This document shows positions 28,036 through 38,362 of a stretch of 64,000 nt of DNA, piece after piece (position 1 is the first letter of the stretch; each line of letters opens with the position of its first letter). The notes under the pieces were generated by a model. The model was not told the DNA's origin. It saw nothing but the letters and a program-made list of their open reading frames with translations, and did not search any database. A program made the translations under genes and the position numbers. Origin of the DNA: Spirochaetales bacterium (GTDB lineage Bacteria > Spirochaetota > Spirochaetia > JABEVK01); the NCBI GenBank assembly GCA_037142615.1, contig JBAXAI010000007.1, forward strand, positions 1 to 64,000, read 5' to 3'.

Positions 28036-29112
28036 ATGTCGATGCGAAATCAGAGTCCTCAGGCCATGTTTGAACAGCTGGCCCGCGAGCATGTGCCGCG
28101 CCGCCGGTTTGGTGCCCAGAGCCCGGCCGAGTTTCAGGCGTGGAAGGCGGCGACGCTGCCCGAAGCCCTGGCGTGTCTGGGGCAGTTTCCCGAAAGGGTG
28201 CCGCTGAACGCCGAATTGACCGCCGAATGGGAACACCACGGTGTGCGCCAGCAGCGGTGGATGATCGACACGCAAAAGCACCTTTCAGCGGCCGTGCTCG
28301 TCAACATTCCTCTCGACCTCAAGCCGGGCGAAAAGCGGGCCGCCGTGTTCTGCATGCACGGCCACGGCCCCTACGGCAAACAGGTTGTCATGGGCGACGA
28401 TTCCATGCCCGAGCAGAAGGCGGCCATCGAGCGCAGCAACTACGCCTACGGCCTGACGCTGGCCCAGCGTGGCTACGTCACCTTTTCGATGGACTGGATC
28501 GGTTTTGGCGAGCGCAACGACAGCGTCAAACCCAACTACCGCAACCAGGACCACGGCCGCGACTGGTGCGACCTGTACTACCTGCACGCGACCATGCTCG
28601 GGTCGACCACCCTCGCCTTCAACGTCGCCGGCGGCCAGGCCGCCCTTGACCTCGTCACCGGCTTTCCGTTCGTCGACAACTCGCGGGTGGGCGCCATGGG
28701 CCTGAGCGCCGGCGGTACCATGGCGCTGTGGCTCAGCCTGTGCGACTCCCGGATCCGGGCCACCGAGATCATCTGCTACAGCGACCTGTGGGCCGATTTC
28801 GGCTTCCGGCAGATCAACTACTGCGGGATGCAGGTGGCCCCGGGCCTCTACGCGCTGGTCGACCTGCCGGATCTGCAGGGTCTGTTGGCACCCCGCCCCC
28901 TCCTGGCTGACATCGGCGCGTACGACACGTGTTTTTTGGTCGACTCGGCTACGGCCTGCGCCGACCAGGTGAAGCGCATCTACCAGACCGCGGGCGCGGC
29001 CGAAGCCTTCGAGGTCGACCTGGCCCCGGTGGAACACGCGTGGCCCGACGGCAAGTCACGGGCCTTCTGGAACCGCCACCTGGGCGAGCCGGGAACACCG
29101 CGTGCTCAGTGA
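28036..29112 (+). CDS. Alpha/beta hydrolase (carbohydrate esterase / dienelactone hydrolase-like)
   Basis: AGGAGG RBS; HGHG, GFGER, nucleophile elbow GLSAGG, APRPL. Confidence 0.85.
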   Translation: MSMRNQSPQAMFEQLAREHVPRRRFGAQSPAEFQAWKAATLPEALACLGQFPERVPLNAELTAEWEHHGVRQQRWMIDTQKHLSAAVLVNIPLDLKPGEKRAAVFCMHGHGPYGKQVVMGDDSMPEQKAAIERSNYAYGLTLAQRGYVTFSMDWIGFGERNDSVKPNYRNQDHGRDWCDLYYLHATMLGSTTLAFNVAGGQAALDLVTGFPFVDNSRVGAMGLSAGGTMALWLSLCDSRIRATEIICYSDLWADFGFRQINYCGMQVAPGLYALVDLPDLQGLLAPRPLLADIGAYDTCFLVDSATACADQVKRIYQTAGAAEAFEVDLAPVEHAWPDGKSRAFWNRHLGEPGTPRAQ

Positions 29113-32100
29113 AGCCATCCTGCATCAGACGCTGGGGAAGCTTGGGCGACTGCTGACCACGCTGGAGCCCTACGGCTTCGAAACGGTGGGAACCGCCGGG
29201 GCCCGCCTGTACGAAACTCGGGAATCCCTTCACGCGATTCCGCCCGATGACGGCCGATACCGTCCCGTGGCGCCGGGAGAGTCCTGGGGCGGCGAAGGCG
29301 TCACCGCCTGGTTTCGGTTGCCGGTGACCGTTCCCGAGGCCGCCGCGGGCCGCGACCTGTACCTGCTCCCCTCAGTGGGCGGGCTCGAGGCCCTGCTGTG
29401 GGTGAACGGCGAGCCGGCGGGCCTGTTCGCCACCAAGCTCAGCATCACCGGCCACGGCAACCACTACGCCGGCCTCTTGGCGCGAAACGCCCGCGCGGGC
29501 CAAAACCTCGACGTAGTCCTGGAGTTCTACGCCGGCAGCTACGTGCTGGGCGTGCAACCTCTCGACGTGAAGCCGAAGAGCGACTACCGCCACCGCTTCG
29601 ACAGCCTGCGGCTGGCGGTGAGGAACCAGCCGGTATTCGACTTCGTGTTTGACCTCAAGACAGTTCTCCAGCTGGTCGAGGCGCTGGGGGCCGACAGCTT
29701 CCGCAGGGCCGACCTGGTGAACGCGCTCTACGCCGTGCACGAGGTGGTCGCCTACGACGTCGACGAGACACCCCGGGCTGACTGGGAGCCCCGACTGGCG
29801 CGGGCCCGCGAACTGCTGGGGCCGGTGCTGGCTGCGACCAACAGCGCGTCGACGCCGCGAATCGGCCTGGTCGGCCACTCGCACATCGACACCGCGTGGC
29901 TGTGGACGCTCGACGAAACCGTGCGTAAGCTCGCCCGCACCTTCAGCAACCAGCTGAGCCTGCTCGACCGGTACCCGGAGTACCGGTTCTTCCAGAGCTC
30001 GGCCTACCACCTGGAACTCATGCGCCGCCACTACCCCTCGCTGTTTGCCCGTATTGGCAAGCGCATCGCCGAAGGCCGGTGGGAACCCGGCGGCGCCGTG
30101 TGGATCGAGAGCGACGCCAACCTGGTGTCAGGCGAAGCGCTGGTGCGCCAATTCCTTTGGGGGCAGCGGTATACCCGTGAACACTTCGGTGTTGTCTCGC
30201 AGGTGTACTGGCTGCCCGACACCTTTGGTTACAGCGCTGCGCTTCCGCAGATCCTCAAGCAGAGTGGGGTCACGACCTTCGTGACGACCAAGCTGGGCTG
30301 GAACGACACCAACAAGTTCCCCTACGAGACCTTTGTGTGGGAGGGCCTCGACGGCACGCCGGTCCTGGCGCACTTCACCCGCATCCACTGCTGGCCCGAT
30401 GCCAAAGAACTGGTCGCGCAAGCAGCCGCCAACCCGGTCAAGCGCGCTTCGAAAGACAAGCTGGTGGCCTACGGTTTCGGCGACGGCGGAGGCGGTCCTC
30501 AGTTCGAAATGGTTGAGATGGCCCGGCGGGTCACCGATCTCGAGGGCGTGCCCCCTGCCCGTCACGTTCGCGTCGGGGAGTTTCTCAGCGACCTGCGCGA
30601 CCGCGCGAGCGAGCTTCCAGTGCACCGCGGCGACCTGTACCTGGAACTCCACCGCGGCACGCTGACCAGCCAGCACACCATCAAGCGGCAGAACCGGCAG
30701 GCCGAGACGGCGTTGCACGATTTGGAAGTCCTGCTGGTTGCCAACGCGGTAGCGACGGGGTCGATCGCCTCTGGCGCTTCGGCAGCACCGCTGTGGGAGA
30801 CGCTGCTGGTGAACCAGTTTCACGACATTCTCCCTGGGACCTCGCTGGCGCAGGTGCACGACCGCAGCGTCCGCGACGTGGGCGCCGTGATCGACGAGGC
30901 ACGGGCGCAGCAACAGCGCCTGCAAACCCGCCCGTCCACGTCAGGTGGGAAGCCCCGCCTGGTCGCCGTCAACACGCTCGCCCGGGAGCGCCGCGAGCCG
31001 CTGGTCCTCAGCGCCTCGCTGCCTGGATTGGCTGGCGCGGGCCCTTGGCAGCGGGTCGACACCCTGCAGGGGGAACGCATCGTGGTTGAAGCGGCGCTCG
31101 AGCCCCTGTCGGCCAGCGAGCTTTTCCTGACGGCGGCGACCCCACCTGCAGGCGCCGAGAGACCTTCGCCCTTTGCCTGGACCGAAGGCCCCGCCCCGAT
31201 TCTGGTCACTCCGTGGGCCCGGGTCGAGTTCGACGCCGGTGGCGGGTTGGCCTCGCTGGTCGATCTCGGCTCGGGTCGCGAACTTCGTTCGGGCCTGCCG
31301 CTGAACACCTTTCTCTGGTGCGAAGACCTGCCGGCTCGCTGGGACAACTGGGATCTCGACGCCGACCACGAGCGGCTGTTGACCGCCGGAGCCACGCTGG
31401 TCGAACGACGCCTCGTCGGTACCGGCGCGTTCCAGTGCCGGGTGCGCAGCGTGTACCGCTTTTCGCCCCGGCTGACGCTCACGCAAGACGCGGTGTTTTG
31501 GGCGCACACTCCCCGCATCGACTTCGAGACGCTGATCGACTGGCACGAGAAGCACCGCTTTCTCAAGGTGGCGTTCGACACGCCCTTGCGGAGCCCGACG
31601 GTCCGCTGCGAGGTGCAGTTCGGACATACCTTCCAGCCCACCACCCGCAACACCACGCTGGAGCAGGCCCGCTTCGAGGTCGCCCAGCACCGGTTCACCG
31701 ACCTTTCGGAGCCCCGTTTCGGGGTGGCGCTGCTCAACGACGGCAAGTACGGCGTGTCGGCTGAGGGGGGCTCGTTGCGGCTGTCGCTGCACAAGGGCGG
31801 TACGCGGCCCGATCCGCGCGGCGACGAGGGTCTGCACTTCTGCTCCTACTCCTTGTTGCCGCACGCCGGCCCGTTCTCGGCCGAAGTGGTGTGGGCGGGC
31901 TACCGCCTGAACACGCCCGCTCTGGTGTTCGACGGCGGCTCGACGTGGGGGCCGCTGGCGCAGGTCGGGGCCGATAACGTGGTGCTCGAAACGCTCAAGC
32001 CCGGCGAGGACGCCGACCACTCGTTGGTGGCCCGGTTGTACGAAGCCGAGGGCAGCTGGACCAAAACGGAGGTTCGGTGGGGCTTCAAACCGGTGAGGGT

Positions 32101-32266
32101 GGCCGTGACCAACCTGCTCGAAGAGGTCGAAACCGAGCTTCCGCTGGACCAGGTTACCGAGCTCGAGTTCCGCCCCTTCGAGCTCAAAACCCTCAGAGTG
32201 TGGTACTCGTCAGCGCCTTCCCGTCCCAGTGGAAGTGCACCACCGGTCCCACCCGGCCGGGCTTGA
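29102..32266 (+). CDS. GH38 alpha-mannosidase (long form)
   Basis: GHSHIDTAWLW, WLPDTFGY, GDGGGGP, LYLELHRGT, NQFHDILPG, RLYE. Confidence 0.94.
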   Translation: MLSEAILHQTLGKLGRLLTTLEPYGFETVGTAGARLYETRESLHAIPPDDGRYRPVAPGESWGGEGVTAWFRLPVTVPEAAAGRDLYLLPSVGGLEALLWVNGEPAGLFATKLSITGHGNHYAGLLARNARAGQNLDVVLEFYAGSYVLGVQPLDVKPKSDYRHRFDSLRLAVRNQPVFDFVFDLKTVLQLVEALGADSFRRADLVNALYAVHEVVAYDVDETPRADWEPRLARARELLGPVLAATNSASTPRIGLVGHSHIDTAWLWTLDETVRKLARTFSNQLSLLDRYPEYRFFQSSAYHLELMRRHYPSLFARIGKRIAEGRWEPGGAVWIESDANLVSGEALVRQFLWGQRYTREHFGVVSQVYWLPDTFGYSAALPQILKQSGVTTFVTTKLGWNDTNKFPYETFVWEGLDGTPVLAHFTRIHCWPDAKELVAQAAANPVKRASKDKLVAYGFGDGGGGPQFEMVEMARRVTDLEGVPPARHVRVGEFLSDLRDRASELPVHRGDLYLELHRGTLTSQHTIKRQNRQAETALHDLEVLLVANAVATGSIASGASAAPLWETLLVNQFHDILPGTSLAQVHDRSVRDVGAVIDEARAQQQRLQTRPSTSGGKPRLVAVNTLARERREPLVLSASLPGLAGAGPWQRVDTLQGERIVVEAALEPLSASELFLTAATPPAGAERPSPFAWTEGPAPILVTPWARVEFDAGGGLASLVDLGSGRELRSGLPLNTFLWCEDLPARWDNWDLDADHERLLTAGATLVERRLVGTGAFQCRVRSVYRFSPRLTLTQDAVFWAHTPRIDFETLIDWHEKHRFLKVAFDTPLRSPTVRCEVQFGHTFQPTTRNTTLEQARFEVAQHRFTDLSEPRFGVALLNDGKYGVSAEGGSLRLSLHKGGTRPDPRGDEGLHFCSYSLLPHAGPFSAEVVWAGYRLNTPALVFDGGSTWGPLAQVGADNVVLETLKPGEDADHSLVARLYEAEGSWTKTEVRWGFKPVRVAVTNLLEEVETELPLDQVTELEFRPFELKTLRVWYSSAPSRPSGSAPPVPPGRA

Positions 32267-33302
32267 GCTCGGCCCAGGCCCGCTGGCCGAGGGCTTGAGC
32301 CGGCCGCACGCTGGCCATCAGCAGCGCCTCTTCCCAGCCCGGCTCGATCTGGGCCGCAAGCAGCGCCAGGTCTTCGTCGAGGGCACGGGCCGCCCCCGAG
32401 AGCAGCGAGCTTCCCGGCACGCGCAAGCCTCCGTCCGCGAGGACCACGGGGTTCCCTTCCATCTCGTACGTGCCCTCGGGGAGTCCTCCCAGCGGCGCCA
32501 GGTCACTCACCAGCAGCGAGCGGTGCCCCTTGGCGCGCAGGCCCACCTTGAGGGCGGGCCACGGCACGTGATGGCCGTCGGCGATGAAGCAGGCTGCCAG
32601 GCCGTCGTGGGCCAGTTGGGCGAGGATGGGATTCTCGTGCCGGTCGACCTGCTGCACGCAGCCGTTGAACAGGTGCGTCGACAGGGTAGCACCGGCGGCG
32701 ACCGCCCGGTCGATGACGTCGTACCCGGCGGCGGTATGCCCCAGCGACACCGTGATGCCCAGTGCCACGGCAGCCTCGATGAGCTCGAGGGCCCCGTCGA
32801 GCTCGGGGGCAAGGGTCAACAGCGTCACCGTGCCTTCGGAAAGTTGGTGCAGACGTTCCAGTTCGCGCGGCGACGGGGGACGGACAAAGCGCGCCTGATG
32901 GACCCCCCGGTAGCCGTCCCGTGGCGAAATCCAGGGTCCCTCGAGATGGATGCCGCGGAACCCCTTGAGGGTGTGGCGTCCCATCGAGGCCAGCCGGACC
33001 ACCGCGTCGGCGGTCGATTCGGGCGACGAGGTGATGATGGTGGGCAGGTAGGCGGTCACGCCGCGCGCCGAAAGGCCTTCGTCGATGGCGGCGGCGCCGC
33101 GCGTACTCAGGTCGGGGTCGCCGAACGAGTGGCCGAGGTAGCCGTTGACCTGCAGATCGAACAGGCCAGGCGACAACCAGTCGCCGCAGGGACCGGGCGG
33201 TACCGGACCCAACGAGGTGACCCCGTCGATAACGTGCCCGGTCATCTGCAGTTCGAACAAACCCACGCGGCCGGCGATGCGACCCTGCAGCACCCGCTTC
33301 AT
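32193..33302 (-). CDS. nagA: N-acetylglucosamine-6-phosphate deacetylase family protein
   Basis: PGLFDLQVNG, GIHLEGP, TLAPE, GHT, THLFN, DGHH. Confidence 0.85.
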   Translation of the reverse strand: MKRVLQGRIAGRVGLFELQMTGHVIDGVTSLGPVPPGPCGDWLSPGLFDLQVNGYLGHSFGDPDLSTRGAAAIDEGLSARGVTAYLPTIITSSPESTADAVVRLASMGRHTLKGFRGIHLEGPWISPRDGYRGVHQARFVRPPSPRELERLHQLSEGTVTLLTLAPELDGALELIEAAVALGITVSLGHTAAGYDVIDRAVAAGATLSTHLFNGCVQQVDRHENPILAQLAHDGLAACFIADGHHVPWPALKVGLRAKGHRSLLVSDLAPLGGLPEGTYEMEGNPVVLADGGLRVPGSSLLSGAARALDEDLALLAAQIEPGWEEALLMASVRPAQALGQRAWAELKPGRVGPVVHFHWDGKALTSTTL

Positions 33303-34531
33303 GGGCGCCTCTGGGCGACAGGGCTCACACGGGGGCTCGCGCCGTACTCGACGCGCCACGGCAGGCCGTCTTGCGTGAGCGAGCCGCGCGCGGCCTCGAC
33401 CACCAGCTCGTTGAAGGCGCTGTTGCTCGGGGTGGCCAGCAGACCCGAAGCGTCGAGAGCTCTCAGCTCGGCCTGCCGGTCACTCGAGGCCTCGACCCGG
33501 GCCGCCGCGGCAACCAGGGCTTCGACCGACTCGAAACCGTAGCCCAGGGGTCGACGCCCCCCCCCGTCGCGTTCCACCAAGCGGAAGAAATCGGGGCTGA
33601 CGTAGTTGAAGTGCGAGCCCCCGGGACCGATGCCGTCGAGGTAGGCCAAGCTGACCCCGCGGTTGTGGTCGTCGTGACGGATCATGCCGGTGCGGCCTTC
33701 GCCCTCGCAGTACATCACCAGGCCCTGATCGTTGCTGCCGGCGGCGAGGTCGGGGTAACCCAGCCCGTTGAGCAGGTTGAGCAGGGCGCCGTTTTCCCAG
33801 CGAACCCGGGCTCCGGTCCACATCAGGCCGGGCTTGCCGTTGGGAAACTTGCGCTCCACCGCCGCCACCGAAACCTCGACGGGCTTGAGGCCGGTGATGA
33901 AGTGCACCAGATCGACGTAGTGGCACCCGATGTAGGTGAACGGGTCGGCCGTTGCGGGTTGGAACCAGTTCTGAAAGTTGGAACGCCGGTAGAACCACGG
34001 CTCGATGAGGCAGGCCTCACCCATTGCGAACTCGCCGAAGCGGCCGGCCCGGTAGTCGCCGCGGGCCACGAGCGAGCGGCGGTCGAAGCGCTTGTGGTAC
34101 TCGACCCCGACGAACAGACCCCGCTGGCGCGCCAGGGCCTCAATTTCGAGGGCGTGGGCGTGCGTCTGCACCAAAGGTTTGACGCAGAGCACGTGTTGGT
34201 CGGCCCGCAACGCCATCATCACGACCTCGTGATGGGCCTCGTCAGGGACGGCCACGACGACCAGTTGGCGCGGCTTGAGCGCCTCGATGCACCGGCGCGA
34301 GGCGTCGGGTTCAAAGGTCGCGTCGGGCGCGTTGAGGGCCGGGTACGCGGCAAAGGTCTGCCCCGGGAAGGCGGCCTTCAGCGTGGCATCGCCGGCCAGC
34401 GCCCGCAGCGGAACCGGTGAGCGGGCACAGATGGTCAGCTCACCGACGCGTCCCTGGCGCTGCAGTTCGTACAACGAGGGCAAAAACACATCGGCGGTGA
34501 TCATGCCGCCGCCAACGATCAGAACGTCCAT
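33299..34531 (-). CDS. Gfo/Idh/MocA family oxidoreductase
   Basis: IVGGG, VAVPD..H, CVKP, EYHKRFD, Y.GCHY.D. Confidence 0.85.
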   Translation of the reverse strand: MDVLIVGGGMITADVFLPSLYELQRQGRVGELTICARSPVPLRALAGDATLKAAFPGQTFAAYPALNAPDATFEPDASRRCIEALKPRQLVVVAVPDEAHHEVVMMALRADQHVLCVKPLVQTHAHALEIEALARQRGLFVGVEYHKRFDRRSLVARGDYRAGRFGEFAMGEACLIEPWFYRRSNFQNWFQPATADPFTYIGCHYVDLVHFITGLKPVEVSVAAVERKFPNGKPGLMWTGARVRWENGALLNLLNGLGYPDLAAGSNDQGLVMYCEGEGRTGMIRHDDHNRGVSLAYLDGIGPGGSHFNYVSPDFFRLVERDGGGRRPLGYGFESVEALVAAAARVEASSDRQAELRALDASGLLATPSNSAFNELVVEAARGSLTQDGLPWRVEYGASPRVSPVAQRRP

Positions 34532-34541
34532 GACGACCTCC

Positions 34542-35924
34542 TCAGGCGTGTCCCAACACCGCGTCCATGGCCTCGCCGAGCACAGCCAACCCCTCTTCGA
34601 GCGCCTCGAGGGGCATGTCGAGAGGCGGCGCGATCTTGATGCACTCGCCGCCGATGCCCACGGGCGCGAACATCAGCAGGCCCCGCTGAAAACAGGCCAC
34701 ATTGATGGCAAGAGCCGTGGCCGGGTCGGGCGTCTTGGTGCCGGGTTTGACCATCTGGATGCCGGCGACCAGGCCTCGGCTGTGGACGCAGCCGGCCTGC
34801 GTGGGGTGTCGGCGCGCGATGGCCTCGAGACCTTGACGAAGTGTCACATCCATCGCGGCGGCCTTGGCGGCGTAGTCACCCTCGCGCAGGACGCGGATGC
34901 TGGCCAGCGCCGAGGCGACGGGCAGCGGCGAACCGGAGTGCGTCGAGGTCATGGTACCGGGCGCGTAGGTGTCCATGACGTCGGCTCGACCGAGTACGGC
35001 CGCCAAGGCCAACGACGACGAGATACCCTTGCCCATGGCGATGAGGTCGGGGGTGATGCCGTAGTGCTCGTAGGCAAACCACTTGCCTGAGCGGCAGAAA
35101 CCCGACTGCACCTCGTCGCAGATCAACAGGACGCCGTGCTTGCGGCACCAGGCCTCGAGGGCCTGGGCGTACTCGACGGGCAGAAAGTCGGGGCCGACGC
35201 CCTGAAAGCTCTCGGTCATCACGGCGCACACCTGCTCGGGGCGGAGGCCCTTGGCGGCCAGCGTCTCGGTGAACAGCTCGAACCGGGTGTCGGGATTCTT
35301 GTACCCGTCGGGGAAGGGAACCTGCACAAAGGTCTCGTCGAGTTTGCCGATCCAGCGCTTGGCGCCCTGCATGCCGCCCGCCAACTGAGCCCCCATGGTG
35401 CGTCCGTGAAAGGCGTTCTGAAAGGTGACGATGACGTTGCGATCGGGTCCGCTGGTCTCGAGTCCCCAGGTCTTGGCGAGCTTGATGCAGTTTTCGGTGG
35501 CCTCGGACCCGGTCGACAGCAAGAAGGCCTTGTAGCCCGGAGCGGGAGCCATGCCCACCAGCAGTTCCGACAGGTCGGCGCGGGCCTCGTGGGGGAACAC
35601 GTAGGTAGAGAGCAGCGGCTTGTCGAGAACAGCTTTGAGCGCCTTCACGACTTCGGGGTGGGCGTTGCCGGCGTTGCTGATGAGCACGCCGCTGGACCAG
35701 TCGAGCCACTTGTTGCCCCACTTGTCCCACACCTGGATGCCCTCGGCGCGGTCGATGACGACGGGGGGCATGCCCTGCATCGAGATGGGCTCGAACTTTT
35801 CGAGCCGCTCGAACAGCGGCAGCGATTCGGGAACCGGCAGTTTGGTCACGATGTGACGGTACTTGGTGTGAACCGGGGCGACGGCCACCGGTTCGAGGGC
35901 ATATTTGCGGGTAAACTTGGCCAT
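34542..35924 (-). CDS. Class III PLP-dependent aminotransferase
   Basis: STGSEA, FHGRT, DEVQSGF.RSG, PDL...GK (PLP lysine), STH.G.P. Confidence 0.93.
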   Translation of the reverse strand: MAKFTRKYALEPVAVAPVHTKYRHIVTKLPVPESLPLFERLEKFEPISMQGMPPVVIDRAEGIQVWDKWGNKWLDWSSGVLISNAGNAHPEVVKALKAVLDKPLLSTYVFPHEARADLSELLVGMAPAPGYKAFLLSTGSEATENCIKLAKTWGLETSGPDRNVIVTFQNAFHGRTMGAQLAGGMQGAKRWIGKLDETFVQVPFPDGYKNPDTRFELFTETLAAKGLRPEQVCAVMTESFQGVGPDFLPVEYAQALEAWCRKHGVLLICDEVQSGFCRSGKWFAYEHYGITPDLIAMGKGISSSLALAAVLGRADVMDTYAPGTMTSTHSGSPLPVASALASIRVLREGDYAAKAAAMDVTLRQGLEAIARRHPTQAGCVHSRGLVAGIQMVKPGTKTPDPATALAINVACFQRGLLMFAPVGIGGECIKIAPPLDMPLEALEEGLAVLGEAMDAVLGHA

Positions 35925-35953
35925 GAAACTCTCCTTATGATCTTGCGTAGGAA

Positions 35954-36583
35954 CTAGCCGAACAGCCGGACTTCGACCTCGGCGCACAGTGCGTGGTAAG
36001 CGGCCAAATGCCCCAGCTGGATTTCTGGGGTATTCGGCGCGTTGACCAGGACCGCCACATCGGCCAGTGGGGCGAGCGGACCGCCGGTGGGGCCCGAAAA
36101 CGCCACCACCCGCAGCCCCAGCGCCCGCGCCGTGCGCACGGCGGCCAGCACGTTGGCGGCCTTTCCCGAGGTGCTGATGGCGACCAGCACATCCCCCGCA
36201 CGGCCGTAGCCAACCACCTGCTGGGCAAACATCAGGTCGAACCCCTGGTCGTTGCCCGAGGCGCTGAGCAGCGCTGACTGTTCGGTAAGCGCGATGGTGC
36301 GGATGCCGCGCTGCAACCGGGCCGCCAGCGCGGCGCCGCCTTCGGGCCACGTCTCGGCGAACCGGGCCTGCACATCGGCGGGCAGCGGACGCGGCAGCAT
36401 GAACCCCTTCATCAGCTCGCCGGTGATGTGGCCGGCGTCGGCCGCGCTGCCCCCGTTGCCGCAGGTGAGGATGGTGCCGCCGCCGTGGTGGCAGGCCACC
36501 AGCAGGTCGGTGGCCCGCTCCAACGACGGGAGCAAGTTGGCGTACTCGGGCCGTCTTCGGGCCAGATCCTCGAGGTAGTTCAT
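35954..36583 (-). CDS. SIS-domain phosphosugar isomerase (GmhA-like)
   Basis: CGNGGSAADA.H..GEL, ND, ISTSG, EIQ..H. Confidence 0.88.
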   Translation of the reverse strand: MNYLEDLARRRPEYANLLPSLERATDLLVACHHGGGTILTCGNGGSAADAGHITGELMKGFMLPRPLPADVQARFAETWPEGGAALAARLQRGIRTIALTEQSALLSASGNDQGFDLMFAQQVVGYGRAGDVLVAISTSGKAANVLAAVRTARALGLRVVAFSGPTGGPLAPLADVAVLVNAPNTPEIQLGHLAAYHALCAEVEVRLFG

Positions 36584-37566
36584 CGCTGTCCTCCTTGCGT
36601 TTCCCAGCCCAACCGGGCCGCCCAGAGCGCCGCCCGGTCCCCCAGCTCTTCGCCCAGCCCGGCAGCCACCACGCGGCAGGCGCTGACCGAGCGGCCCAGC
36701 GCCTCGCGGCCCAGCTCAGCTTCGAGCGAGGGCCGCAGCCAACGCTCCAGCCGGACGAAAATCGAGCCCAGTACCACCACCTCGGGGTTGAGCAGGTCGA
36801 CCAGCAGCGCCAGCCCCCTACCGAGCCGCACGCCGGTGCGCTCGAGCAGGGCGCGGGCCCCGGGGTCGCCGGCTTCGGCCGCGGCGCCCAGGCCCTTGAC
36901 GTCGGTCAGGGTGGACCACGGCGAGGTCGGTGACCTGCCGGTGCCAAGTTCGCCGCGCTGGGTGAGCTCCACGCGGTGCGAGGCGATCTGCTGGGCCAAC
37001 CCGCCGCCCGAACACCAGCCCTCAAAGCTGCCGGCTTTGCCGTAGCCCACGGGCCCGTCTTCGGACAGGCGCCAGTGGCCGAGTTCGCCGGCCATGCCGT
37101 TGGCCCCGCGCCACAGGCGCCCGCCGAGCACGATACCGGCGCCCAGGCCGGTACCAAAGGTCAGGAACACCACCGAAGAGGCCCCCTTACCGGCCCCCTC
37201 GCGCCATTCGGCCACGGCGCAGGCGTTGGCGTCGTTCTCGAGAAAAGCCGGGGCGCCGAGGCCCTCGGTCAACCACCGGGTCACCGGCACCTCGCGCCAG
37301 GCGGGCAGGTTCGGCGGGCAGAGAACCACGCCCGCCGCCTCGTCGAGGGGACCACCGCACGACACCCCGGTGGCGGTGACGACGGGCTCACGGCGGCGCA
37401 CTTCGGCCAACACGGCGTCGAGGAGCTCGCGCGGCTCCCGGGGTCCTGTGGGACCGACCGTGGGCAGCTCGACGCGCCAACGGGCACCCCCTTGGGGTCC
37501 GCCGGCAACCACCGCGGTCTTGGTACCGCCGATGTCGACACCAACAAACACGGGCTCAGAAGTCAT
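36580..37566 (-). CDS. ROK family sugar kinase
   Basis: GVDIGGTKT, ENDANA, GTGLGAG, GELGH. Confidence 0.92.
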   Translation of the reverse strand: MTSEPVFVGVDIGGTKTAVVAGGPQGGARWRVELPTVGPTGPREPRELLDAVLAEVRRREPVVTATGVSCGGPLDEAAGVVLCPPNLPAWREVPVTRWLTEGLGAPAFLENDANACAVAEWREGAGKGASSVVFLTFGTGLGAGIVLGGRLWRGANGMAGELGHWRLSEDGPVGYGKAGSFEGWCSGGGLAQQIASHRVELTQRGELGTGRSPTSPWSTLTDVKGLGAAAEAGDPGARALLERTGVRLGRGLALLVDLLNPEVVVLGSIFVRLERWLRPSLEAELGREALGRSVSACRVVAAGLGEELGDRAALWAARLGWETQGGQR

Positions 37567-38362
37567 AGGTAGCCGTCCATTCCGTGGTCTCACCGCGAGG
37601 CAGTTCACGGTGGAGGTAGGGTTCAAAGCTGAAGGTGCGGTCGTTGCCCCACAGCACCACCTTCTGCGGCGCGTAGTCGAAGCGGGCGGCGACCATTCCG
37701 AGCTTGGGATGCCGCTGCAAGAAGGTCTGAGTCGCCGGGGCTTCGGCGCCGTACTCCACCCGTACCAGCGAAGCCTCGGTCCAAGGAACCGCGCGGCGGA
37801 ACACCCAACCGGTGCTGTCGAGCCCAAAGCCGCGGTGTTCGGGCAGCGGGAAGCCGACGTCGGGCCGGAACAGCTGGTCGCGCGTGGGCGGGTAGAACGG
37901 ATGGGGAAACCACGTCAGGTCGGCCGGGCGGTTGCCCCGGTTGGTCATCCGTGTCAGGCTGTGGAGCGTACGGCCGCTGAGGGTCAGCGTTCGTTCGAGC
38001 TCGAGGTCCCAACCCTCCCACGTGTGGCGGGTGAGAAAGCGCAGGCGGCCCGGGTCACGGTTCACGTCCCAACGGCAGGGTTCCACGACGACTTTGCGTT
38101 CGACGTCCACCAGCCCGACGCCCAGACCCAGCGCCAGCGGACCGCCCGCCGACAAGCGTTCGGGGAAGCTGTCGGGAAGGCCCTGACCGTCGTAGGTGTT
38201 GTAGTCGTGGGGGTACGTGGGCCCCGAAAGGAGCTCGCCTACCCGGGTGTCAGTCACCTGAAAAACCGAACCGCCGGTGTTGTACCGGTGCCCCAACCGG
38301 GCGGTGTCGGTATCGGGATCGAGAATCGACACGAAGAGCGCATCGTTGCTGAGCACGAGCAT
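37556..38362 (-). CDS. Galactose-mutarotase-like (aldose epimerase-like) protein
   Basis: GGAGG RBS; beta-rich sequence, WFPHPFY and FSFEPY resemble mutarotase His and Glu motifs. Confidence 0.55.
   Translation of the reverse strand: MLVLSNDALFVSILDPDTDTARLGHRYNTGGSVFQVTDTRVGELLSGPTYPHDYNTYDGQGLPDSFPERLSAGGPLALGLGVGLVDVERKVVVEPCRWDVNRDPGRLRFLTRHTWEGWDLELERTLTLSGRTLHSLTRMTNRGNRPADLTWFPHPFYPPTRDQLFRPDVGFPLPEHRGFGLDSTGWVFRRAVPWTEASLVRVEYGAEAPATQTFLQRHPKLGMVAARFDYAPQKVVLWGNDRTFSFEPYLHRELPRGETTEWTATYDF

Noticed and set aside
32193-32266. 74-bp convergent overlap of GH38 and nagA as antisense regulation
   Set aside because: The GH38 tail is low-complexity and looks like stop-codon drift; no supporting signal.
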